A stretch of 64,000 nucleotides of DNA from a virus (IMGVR_UViG_2622736592_000004:1-64000), one strand, 5' to 3'. Shown: positions 1 to 10,991, counted from the stretch's first letter. The notes: a model not told the origin generated them from the sequence alone. Numbers and translations are program-made.

Positions 1-276
1 TCAGCTCTCGTCGTGGTCGAGGTTGGGCGGGAAGAGCGGACCGCCTCGGGCCAGCCGCCGCGTGATGTCGATTTCCTTGGCGTACAGCTCGGGGCTGACG
101 CCGGTGATGTTCTCGACGACCAGCAGCAGCAAGGTCACGAGGTGGTCGGTGCTGTTGATGCCGTCGCCGGCCTTGACGTCGAGCTGGAAGCCGGCCGGGT
201 CGTCGGGGTCGGGCCGCTGCTCGATGTGGATGAACGGGTGGCCGGCGACGGCCTCGGCGGCGGCGGGCTGGGTCAC
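1..276 (-). CDS. Hypothetical phage protein
   Basis: GTG at 276 preceded by AAGGAG RBS; stop at 1-3. Confidence 0.6.
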   Translation of the reverse strand: MTQPAAAEAVAGHPFIHIEQRPDPDDPAGFQLDVKAGDGINSTDHLVTLLLLVVENITGVSPELYAKEIDITRRLARGGPLFPPNLDHDES

Positions 277-341
277 GATGCTCTCCTTCGGTCGGTCAGT
301 TGCTCGGGTTGGGTGCGGCCCCCGCGACCGCACCGAGGTCG

Positions 342-563
342 TCAGTAGAGGCGGCGGTACTCGCGCCAGCGGTTCGTGTAGCGATCCCACTCGCCGTGGA
401 TCGCGTCGTCGGGTCCTTGCACGGTCACGTAGCGGACTCCGGCGAGGCAGGCGTCATACAGCGCCATCCGGCGGGCGGCCTCCCAGGTGCTAGCCGTCCG
501 GCGTGTTTCCGGCGGCAGCTCGTTGTCGAGCGCCTGCCAAGAGGTGTAGACCGCCCAGTTCAC
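342..563 (-). CDS. Hypothetical protein flanked by 18-bp direct repeats
   Basis: GGAGG RBS before GTG; CCCGCGACCGCACCGAGG at 321-338 and 573-590. Confidence 0.6.
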   Translation of the reverse strand: MNWAVYTSWQALDNELPPETRRTASTWEAARRMALYDACLAGVRYVTVQGPDDAIHGEWDRYTNRWREYRRLY

Positions 564-755
564 CGGGCACCTCCCGCGACCGCACCGAGGACGGTCACCG
601 TGCCCCGATGCCGTGGTCGCAGCGGCAGGTGACGACGTAGCAGAACGCGTGTGCGTACGGGCCGGGGCAGGTGCACGGTTCGGGCTTGCGGTGGGCGCGC
701 AGGCGCTGCGGTATCACCCACCGTCGGTTGATGAGCTTAAGGTGGCGGGCGTCGA

Positions 756-1085
756 TCACCGGTTCACCTCCGGGGCGTCGAGACGACCAGCGACCTTGTC
801 GACGCACTTCCCGACCACCTTCTCCGGATCGAACCCGAGGCTGGCGATCGCGACGAGGGCGGTGAGGACCACGTCGGCCAGTTCGCCGGCCACATCCTCC
901 CGGGTGTGGGTGACACCCTTGCGGGGGTTCTGGCCGACGGTGCCGATCCACGCCGACGCGGCTTCCCCGGCCTCTTCGGTGACTTTGAGGATGCGCAGCC
1001 CGGTTTCCTCGCGGCTGGTGCCGTTGATCGTGTTGAGATGGTCGGCGACACGGCGGGCGGTCGCGTAGATGTCGGCGGTGGTCAT
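756..1085 (-). CDS. MazG-like nucleotide pyrophosphohydrolase
   Basis: LKVTEEAGEAA...GQNPRKG...ELADVV motif typical of actinobacterial MazG-like proteins; start/stop overlaps with neighbours. Confidence 0.85.
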   Translation of the reverse strand: MTTADIYATARRVADHLNTINGTSREETGLRILKVTEEAGEAASAWIGTVGQNPRKGVTHTREDVAGELADVVLTALVAIASLGFDPEKVVGKCVDKVAGRLDAPEVNR

Positions 1086-1330
1086 GCGTCTACCTCGGCG
1101 ATTTGGACGACCATCTGCGTGTCGCGCCCCTCTCCGACGCACCACTCGCACACGATCGCCGTCGGGTTCGACTGGAAACCAGCGGCGTGGAGGGTGCAGA
1201 TGGCGCGAGTGCGGGTGTGCCCGTTCTCGCAGTGGCCGGTTGAGGTGTGGGTGGCGTCCCGGCCGCATGGGCCGAGGTTGATGCCGAGGAATTCGGTGAC
1301 GATGGTGCAGGTCGTGTCGTCGGTTGTCAT
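1082..1330 (-). CDS. Cys/His-rich small hypothetical protein
   Basis: CENGH, CTLH and CEWC motifs; overlapping junctions. Confidence 0.55.
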   Translation of the reverse strand: MTTDDTTCTIVTEFLGINLGPCGRDATHTSTGHCENGHTRTRAICTLHAAGFQSNPTAIVCEWCVGEGRDTQMVVQIAEVDA

Positions 1331-2461
1331 GGCTGATCCTTCCGGGTGAGGCGTGCGCGCATGCGGGCGGCGATCTGCTGTCGGGTGGGTTCGGTCCAGC
1401 CGTGCCAGCCGTGGCCGGGAATCCACGTTTGGGGGTGCTCGCGTTGGGGTGTCCCGCACCAGCGGCAGCCTTCGGGCGTGGGCGTGGTGGGGTGGCGCAC
1501 CAGCAGCACCCTCACGACACCTCCCCCTGGTCGGCGAGCAGCTTCTTGGCTCGCTCGTGGGGGCAGGGCGGGTCGGTTTCGAACCACGCGTGAGCCTGGC
1601 AGTAGCCGTGGTGGTCGAACGAGCACGGGTCCGGGTCGACGAGGTCGGCGATCAGCCCACGGACGTCGGGCGGCAGGGGTGCGGTCACCTGCGCCGCCTC
1701 GGGCGGGTGCCGGCGATGTGGATGAGGGAGAGGCCGGCGAGCACGCCGAACACGATCAGCAAGCCGATGACGGGGTCGGGCAGGTCGGGCATGTGGGTCT
1801 CCTGTCGGTGAGGGCTGATCGGCTACCGCTCGCGCCGGGAGCACACGGTCCGGTGCGGCGGTACGCCGGTCAACTCGGCGGCCAGTTGGGGCGGGTGCTG
1901 CGTTCCCGGAAACTCTCGGCGCGGTCGAGGAAGTACCTGCCGAGTGCTTCCATGTGGTCGGGGTCTTTCACGTCGACGCCGCCGATGCTGATCACGCCGA
2001 CGAAGTCGAGGACGGTGAGGCCGCGCTTGTTGGTTCCGACGAGCAGGGCGTGCCCGTAGCGGCGACCGATGTAGACGCCGGGGCCGTGGCGGTTTTCCTC
2101 GTTGGTGTGGGCAACCACGTCGATGGCGTCGATGATGTGGTCGGCGAGACTGCCGTCGGCGGCGATCAGTTCCTGCTGATGGTCCACGATCAGCCCTCCG
2201 TCCCGAACAGGTCGACCACTTCGACGCTGGCGGTCTTCGCTGGTGGCTTGGTTCGGTGTTCCGGGCACAGCCACGTGTCGTCGTCTTTGTCGGCTGGGGC
2301 CTGCCAGCCGTTCTCGCGGGCGAGCTTGAACACGTGGTACTGGCCGGCGATGACCGCGCCCATGCCGGCCGGATCGCAGGACGGTGAGGGCAGCAGGAAT
2401 GCCCGGCAGCCTTGGTGGATGCAGGTGGCGTAGAAGTAGACGCCACGGTGAAGGCCCATGA

Positions 2462-2689
2462 TCAGTCCTCCGTATGGGTGTTGAGGCGGGCGAACCGCTC
2501 GCGTGCGTCGTCGCTCATCGGGGCGCGCCACACCCCGTCGCGTTGCACGAACCCGAGCGTCGCCGGGTCGAGGCAGGTGCCGTCGCGGCGGTGCGAGTCA
2601 AAGCCGGTGACCCCGCCAAACGTGTGGTGGCAGACGGAGCAGTGAGCCTGGGCGGGGGTGGGCTGGGTGCAGGTGGTGGGGCAAGGCAT
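2462..2689 (-). CDS. FDXHR-type zinc-binding phage protein
   Basis: HCSVCHHTFGGVTGFDSHR motif. Confidence 0.75.
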   Translation of the reverse strand: MPCPTTCTQPTPAQAHCSVCHHTFGGVTGFDSHRRDGTCLDPATLGFVQRDGVWRAPMSDDARERFARLNTHTED

Positions 2690-3175
2690 GACTACTTCTC
2701 CATCGGGTTGATGTGTCGGGCGAGCCACCACGGTGCCCACCGGCGCAGCCGGCGGCCGAGTATGGTGCCGCCGTACTCGTGCCCGGGGCAGGGGCGCGCA
2801 CCCCACCGCCCGCAGGCGAAGCAGGCCGGACCTTGGGCGTACAGGGCTCGGTTCAGCAGGCGACGCACGGTCAGTCCTCCATCGGGTCGCAGGGTGAGGT
2901 CTGCTGGCGGGCGATCGCCTCGTCTCGCGTGGTGATGGTGAGGCTGCCCTGCTTGCGGCTGATGCCGACGCCGTACAGGCCGGCGCGCACCCGGAAGGTG
3001 GGCCGTTCGGCGATGTGCGCGGCGAACGATCGGGCTCCCCGGCAGGTGCGGTCGGTGAAGATGATCTGCCCGGTGCGGGTTTCCAGCACGAACCAGCGGT
3101 GCCCGGCAGCATCGGCGGCGGCAATCAGGGCCGCAGCATTTGGGGCGGCCTGGTGGGCGAAAGGCTGGCGGGGCA

Positions 3176-3775
3176 TCACGCCGCCTCCGCCCGGTGTACG
3201 CGAGCCGCAGCCTGCGCCTCCGCGCGGGTGCTGCCGAAACACTCCCACTCGCACGTGCATCGGGCCATCGAGTCCTCGCTCCGCACGTACCGGCCGCACG
3301 AGCCGTTCGACTTCGTCTTGTACCGCTCGGTCCGGCCAGCGCACAGGACCGTCGTGGTGATGTGCGTGAACGTCGGCGGGATCGTCTCGCCCTGCTCGGC
3401 ACTCTCGTACGGCAACCAGATCGCGCCGTGATCGTCGGGGCGCTCCGGGAGTAGCTGTCCGGCAACCCACGACCCGTCCTTGGCCATGAGCAGGGTTTCG
3501 CCGAACTCGCCGAGCTTGGTGATGACCCGGCAGCGCAAGGGGAGGGTGCAGCATCCCGGCATGACGCGGATGTCCTTGTCGACGTTGAGGCCGCGCATCC
3601 GCAGGGTTCGGAGTGCCGACTCGGCTTCCCGCTTGGTCGTCCAGTGGGCGACGTGGCGGGTGCGGTGGAGCAGGGCGATCGCGGTGATGCCGTCACGCGG
3701 GTCGGCGGGGGTGAGCTTGGCGCGGAGAGCCGTGATCGTGGCTGCAGTTGCGGCGTCGAAGGTGCTGCTGGCCAT
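3176..3775 (-). CDS. Hypothetical protein, first gene of a leftward operon
   Basis: GAGGAG RBS; sigma70-like promoter upstream; C-terminal CTC..H motif. Confidence 0.65.
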   Translation of the reverse strand: MASSTFDAATAATITALRAKLTPADPRDGITAIALLHRTRHVAHWTTKREAESALRTLRMRGLNVDKDIRVMPGCCTLPLRCRVITKLGEFGETLLMAKDGSWVAGQLLPERPDDHGAIWLPYESAEQGETIPPTFTHITTTVLCAGRTERYKTKSNGSCGRYVRSEDSMARCTCEWECFGSTRAEAQAAARVHRAEAA

Positions 3776-3802
3776 CTGGACTCTCCTCGTTTGCGTGTCA
3801 CT

Positions 3803-3848
3803 TGGGAACAAGTATCTCGCTCAGAGGTTTGCGGGTCAAGTGGGAACA
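3803..3848 (-). promoter_or_regulatory. Leftward promoter with TGGGAACA direct repeats (putative operator)
   Basis: Minus strand TTGACC (3839-3834), 17 bp, GATACT (3816-3811); TGGGAACA at 3803-3810 and 3841-3848. Confidence 0.55.
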
Positions 3849-3893
3849 TGTTTACGATCGACACTGTAACGAAGATGACGGGAGATGAGACAC

Positions 3894-4148
3894 ATGGACA
3901 CACAAACCCGCTACCCTCGGCGCGTGCCAAGACCCCGCTGGACCCCACCCGACGATGAAGTAGCCGCCCGCATCAACGAGGTGGTCGAGCGGTACAAGCG
4001 CTGGCATCAGGCAGAAGCCGAGTACAAGGCCCTGCTGGCAGAGGTGGCCGACCCGGACAAGGACAACGCACCGATCGCGCACCTCGCCGATCGACTCGGC
4101 GTGGAACGGAAGACCGTGTACCGGCATCTCGGCAAGCCGATGAAGTAG
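3894..4148 (+). CDS. Small HTH DNA-binding protein (paralog of 19449..19661)
   Basis: PIAHLADRLGVERKTVYRHLG. Confidence 0.8.
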   Translation: MDTQTRYPRRVPRPRWTPPDDEVAARINEVVERYKRWHQAEAEYKALLAEVADPDKDNAPIAHLADRLGVERKTVYRHLGKPMK

Positions 4149-4154
4149 GCGGGT

Positions 4155-4424
4155 GTGTCTTACAGACCGCCAGCCCTCGTGGCTACCGTCGAAGACATGA
4201 CCGACCTGCACACGCTGTGGAACACCCTGCCCGCCGCCGACCGCACCCTGTTCGTTGAGCACGCCGACAGCCCCGACCTGCCGGCGCACGTCGCCCAGAG
4301 GGCTCAGGCCGTACGGATGCCCATCGTCATCGGCGTGACCCAGGACAAGTCGGGGGCGTCGGTGACGTGGCCGGGAGTGGTGCGGGAGTTCCTACAGCGG
4401 CAGGCTGCCGAGCGGGAAGCCTGA
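4155..4424 (+). CDS. Hypothetical protein downstream of HTH gene
   Basis: Follows the HTH gene; followed by a hairpin. Confidence 0.6.
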   Translation: MSYRPPALVATVEDMTDLHTLWNTLPAADRTLFVEHADSPDLPAHVAQRAQAVRMPIVIGVTQDKSGASVTWPGVVREFLQRQAAEREA

Positions 4425-4434
4425 CCTGGACGTG

Positions 4435-4474
4435 AGGAAGCCCCGGCGCTCAACGCGAGCGGCCGGGGCTTCCT
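4435..4474. terminator. Hairpin terminator between convergent genes
   Basis: AGGAAGCCCCGG...CCGGGGCTTCCT inverted repeat. Confidence 0.7.
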
Positions 4475-4477
4475 CGT

Positions 4478-4825
4478 TCAACGGCGGGTGGCCTCGCCCA
4501 GGTCGACGCGCGACGGCGGGTCAGGGATCGTGTCGACGCTCGCAGGCGCATCCCGCCCGACCAGCCGCGCCCAACCCGCCAGAACCGGATGTGCCGCCTC
4601 AGCCCACACCCGCCACTGCCGCCGATACTCGCCCTGCAAACCTTCGCGCCAGCAGCACAGCAGCACCTCATGCCGGGTCATGTCGTATTCGCCGCAGACG
4701 GTTTCGACTGTCTCCCCGGCCCACACCATGCCCGCCACAGCATCGGTGGGGATGCCGCGCAGGTGCGGATAGCCGAACCGGACCGCCGGGTCAATGACGA
4801 TCGTCGGGCGAGGCTCGGCTGTCAC
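4478..4825 (-). CDS. DUF433-like protein
   Basis: IDPAVRFGYPHLRGIPTDAV...GETVETVCGEYDMT. Confidence 0.8.
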   Translation of the reverse strand: MTAEPRPTIVIDPAVRFGYPHLRGIPTDAVAGMVWAGETVETVCGEYDMTRHEVLLCCWREGLQGEYRRQWRVWAEAAHPVLAGWARLVGRDAPASVDTIPDPPSRVDLGEATRR

Positions 4826-5496
4826 TTCTGCGGTCTTCCCGCGAGCGTCCGCAGAGCGGCCAGCAGGCCCGCCTTGTCGGTCGACCCGTTGAGCACAGCC
4901 TGCCGGTACTGCTCGACCAGCACCGCATGCCCGGCCGCGTCGGCGGCAGCCAGCACGACGGCATGCCGGGCGATCTCGGCTTCCGCCTCCCGCCGGTGGC
5001 GCGCATCCCGTACCTGCTCGAACAGGTCGCGTACCTGCTGTGCTTGGCTGCCTTCCACCGTGTGCCCGCACGGTACGAGGTCGGCCTTGTCGAAACGCGG
5101 ATCGGCGGTCGTTTCACCACCGACCGCCTCGGAGGCGTCGATCTCGTCGAGGGTGCCCACCAGCGTGCCCGGGTTGCCGAACGGCGAAGTCCACGGCACC
5201 CGCACCTGATAGCCGGGCCGGTACGTCAGCCCGACCACGGGGGCACCGCAGTGCGGGTGCGGGCAGGCCACCTCCGGGGTTTCACCCGTCCAGACGGGGC
5301 ACCAAAGCTCGTGGGGTTGCATCTCGTAGCGCCCGTCGGCGTCGGGCTCAACACTGCGCGTTCGGGGGGTGATGATGCCGTGCCGGCTGCTGCCTTCGAT
5401 GCTGGTGCGGTTGCAGGTGCGGCAGCGGCCGACACGCATGCGGGTGTTCGCGCCGTCGGGCAGCGGTTCGCGGGTGTGGGCGATCGTGGCGGGCAT
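4822..5496 (-). CDS. Cys-rich hypothetical protein
   Basis: TAATCT about 7 nt before ATG (leaderless); CRTC, CPHPHC and PCGH motifs. Confidence 0.6.
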   Translation of the reverse strand: MPATIAHTREPLPDGANTRMRVGRCRTCNRTSIEGSSRHGIITPRTRSVEPDADGRYEMQPHELWCPVWTGETPEVACPHPHCGAPVVGLTYRPGYQVRVPWTSPFGNPGTLVGTLDEIDASEAVGGETTADPRFDKADLVPCGHTVEGSQAQQVRDLFEQVRDARHRREAEAEIARHAVVLAAADAAGHAVLVEQYRQAVLNGSTDKAGLLAALRTLAGRPQK

Positions 5497-5710
5497 GCCA
5501 CCGAGATTACTGGTCACCGCTACACGCGGATGGCCACCACTTGGACGCCGCACTGCACACACCGCAGCTCGTACACGTCGGTGGGCTCGGTGTAACCGGT
5601 GAGCTGGACGGGATGCCCGTCGTGGCCCTCGCCTGCTGCCGTCGAGGTGGCCCGCCGCCAAAACGCGCGGGTGGCGAAGTCGGCGGCGGGCACCTCCACC
5701 TGGGCGGCCA

Positions 5711-6103
5711 TCAGCGGCCGAGGATCGACCCGTAGAACTGGGAGCCGTCGAGTAGCTCAACGCGCACCCCACCCGGCTTCGTAGAGCCGCCCCACTCGGC
5801 GTACGTCTGCACCTGCTTGACGCCGGGATGCTGGCCGGCGCGGATCACATCGGCGACGGCGGCAGCCCACGACGGTGGGTCGGTGGGGGTTGCGGGCACG
5901 GCTGGTGCCGGGTCGGGCTGCTCCCACGTTCCAGTCCACACCTGCCCCGACTCGGCCTTCACGAACTGCATCTGCACCTTGCCGCCGATGGTGACGCCGA
6001 CCGGTTTCGGGCCGCCGTCCGTTGACCAGCGGGCCACAGTGCCGGCCCACGGCTGGGCGGTCAGGGACTCGGCGAGCCAGCCCTCGAAATCGCGTACCCG
6101 CAT
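5711..6103 (-). CDS. Hypothetical protein coupled to hicB
   Basis: TGATG stop/start overlap with hicB; weak internal repeat (GGPKPVGVTI / GGSTKPGGVRV). Confidence 0.65.
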   Translation of the reverse strand: MRVRDFEGWLAESLTAQPWAGTVARWSTDGGPKPVGVTIGGKVQMQFVKAESGQVWTGTWEQPDPAPAVPATPTDPPSWAAAVADVIRAGQHPGVKQVQTYAEWGGSTKPGGVRVELLDGSQFYGSILGR

Positions 6104-6657
6104 CAGCGTCGCCTGCCGCTCTCCCGAGGAACCTCAAGGTTCGCAGACGACTTCGGATTCTTGGCCACCTTCACGGCCGACGTGGGGGTCTTAGCCGCCG
6201 AGATGCTGCCCGACGGGATATCCCTCGCCCTCCGCAACCTCACCCCAGCCAGGGTGCTCTTGCGGGGGGCGACCTGCGAGATTCGCTGCGGTGCGACACC
6301 GATGAGGGCGGCAGCGTCACGCACCGACAGCGCGTGGCGAGACACCATCTCCTTGGCGAGTTCCGCTGTCTGCTGTGCGATTCGCTGTTCGTCGAGGCGC
6401 ACCCGGTCGCGGAGTGCCCGCAGTTGGGCGGCTGCCTCATCGAGGGCGGGGTTGCCGGTGTGGTACTCGTAGCTGATTCGCAGGCCAGATTCGGCCCCGT
6501 CGGGGAGGTCTTCGACCATGGCGATGACTTCGCGGACGGACTGGTCGAGTGCGGGGAGGCTGCGAGCGTAGGTGTGGGTGCCGTCGAGTTCGGGGACGTC
6601 GGCGAGCCAGGCGTTTTCTTCTCGGGTGACGATGACCTTGTAGGTTTTGGTGCTCAT
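6103..6657 (-). CDS. hicB: HicB-family antitoxin with C-terminal HTH
   Basis: YKVIVTREENAWLADVPELDGTHTYAR N-terminus; LSVRDAAALIGVAPQRISQV HTH. Confidence 0.85.
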   Translation of the reverse strand: MSTKTYKVIVTREENAWLADVPELDGTHTYARSLPALDQSVREVIAMVEDLPDGAESGLRISYEYHTGNPALDEAAAQLRALRDRVRLDEQRIAQQTAELAKEMVSRHALSVRDAAALIGVAPQRISQVAPRKSTLAGVRLRRARDIPSGSISAAKTPTSAVKVAKNPKSSANLEVPRESGRRR

Positions 6658-6875
6658 CGCAGCCATCCTTTGCCGAAGACGGGCTCCATGTCGCGCTCGA
6701 TCTTGCGGAGGGTGCCGGTTGGTATGTCGCCGGGGTGTTGGGCGACGGTGGTGCGGGCGGTGAGGGTTTCCCCGTTGCGGGTCGTGGTTGCCTCGAACTG
6801 GCGGTGTGATCCGCGTTGGCGGGTTTGTGTGCCGCCGAGGTGTTCGATCCGCTGGTTGACTTCCCTCGCCCTCAT
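6654..6875 (-). CDS. hicA: HicA-family mRNA interferase toxin
   Basis: RQRGSHRQF...TTVAQH..DIPTGTLRKIERD. Confidence 0.9.
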   Translation of the reverse strand: MRAREVNQRIEHLGGTQTRQRGSHRQFEATTTRNGETLTARTTVAQHPGDIPTGTLRKIERDMEPVFGKGWLR

Positions 6876-6889
6876 GAGACTACATCTTA

Positions 6890-6923
6890 GTCTAGCCGCT
6901 AGACAACTGTCTAGTTGCTAGAC
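6890..6923. promoter_or_regulatory. Tandem palindromic operators upstream of hicAB
   Basis: GTCTAG-N3-CTAGAC at 6890-6904 and 6909-6923. Confidence 0.7.
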
Positions 6924-7159
6924 GGCCGTGTTGGGGGATGGGATCACCCGGCAGGGCGACGCAGGTCAGGAGGGGTCACCTACATTCCCGCCCAGCTTCG
7001 AGCCAACGATGCGAGCACGAAGCTGGTCAATGTCGTCAGGAGGCAGATTCTCTCGGGGCGCGGCAGCGGCACGACGTAGGAACTCCGCCAGTTCGGGCCA
7101 CTCGTCCGGCCCTGGCAGATCGCTCACGGTCTGACACCGCCGGGGCCCGCCTGTGTCGG

Positions 7160-10100
7160 TCACGAGTCCCCCTGTTCCGTCGCCGGCCGGTGCAGGTCGG
7201 GTCGGTCGCAGCACACATCCCAACCCGAGCATTCAGGGCAGCACTCGACGCTGCGGGAGGTTGGGCAGTAGTAGGGGATGTGTTCGGCGGCGAGATGGTC
7301 GACGCGGGCCACGATCCGCCGTGCCACCTCGTCGGGGGCTCCGTCGGCGAGTGCGCGGGCTTCGGGGGTGCCGAGGGATGACCGGTCGAGCAGGATCCGT
7401 ATCTGGTCGCCGCCAGCAGCGGGGGTGATGGCGACTTCGGCGGTTCGACCGGTGAGACTGCCGGCGATGTGTGCTTCCCGCCCGAGCTGGTCGAGGTGGG
7501 TTTGCAGGCCGTCGAGCCACGTCTCGTGTTCGTCGGTGGCGGTGGGTGGTGGGGTGTTCATGGGTGCTCCTTGCTGCGCGGCGGGCGGCCCGCTCAGATC
7601 GCCTGAGACGGTTTGGCCGGTGCTGGTGGTGCGGGGCGGGCTGTTGGGGGCTGTGCGTCGATTCTGGCGGGCGCGCGGGGGCGTCTACTCTTCGTCTGCC
7701 TTCCGCTCCGGGTCGTCCGGGTGCCGTTCGGCTCGCAGCATGTACTTGGTGATGGACTGCTGGTGTTCGATCAACACCCGCAGCATCTCAACGTCGGTGA
7801 GGTCGTGTTCCTCTTGCAGCGTGTTGAGGGCGTCGCGGATTGCGCGGGATGCGCGCTGCACGGGCAGGGTGCGGGCGTGGAGTCTCACCCGCCGACCTCC
7901 GGCGTGTGCCACCACCGTTGCAGCACCAACTCCACCACATTGTGAAGCTGACTCTCCAACAGCTCGGCGTCGGCCGCGTCGAGTGACGTCAGGTCGGCGG
8001 TGACGGCGACGGTGACACCGGCTGGGGTGATGTGGGTGGTGTACATCGCGCCGGGGGTTTGGCAGGGGGTGCTGACAGCCATGTCGTCTCCTTTCGTGTC
8101 AGCCGCGTTCGGCGGATCGGGGAACCCAGATGTGCCAGCCGCCGCACCCCGGGCACTGCTGCTGGTCGTGGGTTTCCATCATCTGGTCCGCCCAGTCGCT
8201 GTGGTCGATGTAGCCGGTCGGGTGGGGCATGTGCTGGCCCGCGTTGGGGCACTCGGGGTTGGGGGTGGGGAGGGGGCTGATGTCGGCGCAGGCGAGGCCG
8301 CGAAGGCCGGTTGAGGTTTTGAAGCGGATGCAGGTCACGGGGTTCTCCTGACGGTCAGCCGCGCTCGGCGGCAACAGGGGTGGCGGCGGCGATCTTTACG
8401 CAGGCGCGGCAGCCGACCGGGGCGCGCTCGCCGGACATCACCACCACCGGCGCGGGCCCGACACAGCCGAGGACAACGCCGCACAGGGCGGCCACGGGCA
8501 GGGTGACGGTGCGGCAGGCCCGGCCGAGGACCGTCGCATCCTGCACGAGGGCGGCGGGTACGTCGGCGTAGTGGGTGACGCTGGCACCGTGGCGGCGAAG
8601 CTTGAGGCGGGTCGTGGTCTGGTCGGTCATGGTGGTCTCCGTTCGGGTCAGCCGCGCTGGGTGGCCAGCGGGTTCCAGCAGTCTTCGTCGCAGCCTTCCG
8701 GCCCGTGGTCGGGGTCGCCGCACGTCCACGCACAGGCGGTGGCAGTGCAGCCGGGGCCACCAATCCACGGGTCACCGCACTCGGGGCACACCCCGGACGA
8801 GCCGGTCATGGGTTCCTCCGATCGGCGGTCTCGGCGCGGTAGGCGAGGGCGAGTAGTTCCAGGGCGACCGACGCCACATACCGGCCTTCACCGGGTGGCG
8901 CGTTGTCGGGGTTGAGGAAGTCGACCAGGGCGCGCATCCGGTCGGGGTTGGGGGTGGGGTTGCTGGAGATCGCGGCGCGGACAGCGGCGGTCGGGTCTTC
9001 GGCGGCGGCAAGCCCCATGCGGGCGCGTGCTCGGGCCGTCACCGGCACCCCCTTGCAAGAGTGAATGACGGGGAACACCCACTTGCCGCAGCGGTCGCAT
9101 TCGGTGCGCCCGTCACCGGGGTCGGTGTGCGGGTGGTCGGCGGAGGCGGTCACTGCTGGTCCTCCGCTCGCCCGACCCGGCGGGCGGCTATCCGCCGTTC
9201 CGCCTCGGCCACAACAGCGTCGTGGTCTTCCCCATGCACAAACCATCCTGCCGTGCCGTCGAGCGCCCGAATGGGGCCAGGGGACTGCCACGGATACTTC
9301 TCGTCGTCGTACAGCGACAGTTCCCCCCTCTGGTCAGGGCCGGCGGTATACACCCGCACCTTCACGGGCAGGATCCCGGCTGGCACCAACACCAGTTCGA
9401 GGATGTCGTTCCCATGTCCGGCATCAACGGCCCGCTGGGCGTCGTCACGGTTGTCGTAGGCGAACAGGTCGTCAACCTTGCCGTACTCGGCCATGACTAC
9501 GACGTGCAGCCTTCGGTGCGCGGGTACAGGTTCGGGGGCGGTCATGGTGTCCTCCATGGGGTCAGCCACTTACGGCGGCAGGGGATGTATCAACGTGCAG
9601 CCAGGCGGCGGTGACACGCCCATGACCGTCGACCCAGGATCGGCATTGGGCGGCGCAGCCGGTGGTGTCGTCGGTGATGCCGCACTCGACCAGTTCGTAG
9701 TGCTCGTACGACGGCCCCCAGGCGATGACGCCCTGGCCGAGGTGCTGGCAGCCGGCGTGCGGGCACGGGCCGAGCACCGGTAGAGGATGCTCGCTTTTGA
9801 ACCAGCGGATTTCGCCGGGGTTGTCCAAGTGCGGTTCGGCCATGAGTCAATCCCCGGGCTGCTCAACGCAGCGGATGTCGTGCCGGTGTCCGCCGATTCC
9901 GTCTCCGGGGCAGTCCGGGGAGCGGTGGCCCTCGTACTGGCGTCCGGAGCCGGTGCGCAGGCGAACCCAGTCGCGTACGGCGTTGGACTGCCCGTCTGCG
10001 ACTTGGGCGAATCGGCTGGTGACTGCGATGACGCTGGACGTGTCGGTCATGGTGGTCCCCGTTCGTTGGTTAGCCGCGCTCGGCGGCGGGGACGGTAGCG

Positions 10101-10878
10101 GCCCAGTCGGGGCGGAACACGAGCCGGTCCCGGTCCACACCCAGCCGGTCACACAGCAGCTCGAACGCCAGGTTCCCGCCGGTCATGTGGGAGCCGTTCC
10201 GCAGCGCGTTGTCCACAGCCGCCAGCATCGGCAGCAAATCCGCCCGGCCGGCGGCCGGATCCCGCTGCACAACCTCGATGAGCTGGGCGGCGACGTCCCG
10301 GTAGATGTCGCGGCAGGCCTCTGATGCGTTCTCCCACGCCTGCGCGGTGTCCACGCCACGTGGGGACATCAGCGTGAACAGCCATCGGGTGAGACGTTCC
10401 CGAACCGAATGCTCGTCTGCCGTCGGGCTGATGTCGCTGATGCCGACGTGGGGGAGGGCTTCCTTCGCGCCGGCGATGTTGTCGTCGGGGATCTCGGCGG
10501 CGGTCACTGCTGGCCTGCCGGGTTGTCGGCCACCCACCGGTCGTTGGAGGCCTGCACGTCATCTTCGAGGGCGGCACGGCGGGACCAGAACCGGGCGGCC
10601 TGCTCGCTGTAGGTGATGCCGAGCAGTTGCACGCAGACGATGGCGAACAGCTTGTCGGTGACCTCCGGGTCGTCCCAGCCGTGCTCGGCGGCGATGCCGG
10701 TCAGGTCGGGTTCGTCGGCGAGGGCCCGGTCGATGAGCCGGGGGTCGAGGGTGATGCCGGCGTATCCGCGTAGGGCATCCTGGGCTGCGTCGCAGGCGGC
10801 GTCCCTCAGGTACTGGCGGTAGTCGTCTTCGGTTTCATCGCGGCCGTCGAACAGTTGGGCCTCATCGTGGTCGTTCAT
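7160..10878 (-). other. Run of about 12 small overlapping hypothetical genes, many Cys-rich (e.g. 7160-7561, 7685-7888, 7885-8082, 8099-8338, 8355-8630, 8648-8809, 8806-9153, 9150-9557, 9562-9843, 10070-10507, 10504-10878)
   Basis: Codirectional ORFs with RBSs and 4-bp GTGA/ATGA overlaps; repeated junction sequences. Confidence 0.6.
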
Positions 10879-10991
10879 CGGTTACCTCCGGTGTGGGGTC
10901 GGGTTGGGAGTCGCTTTCGTGTCGGCTAGCGGACAGCGTGTCCATCCGGGTGGGGGTCGACCTGGCGGCTGTCGGATCGGACACTGCCACG

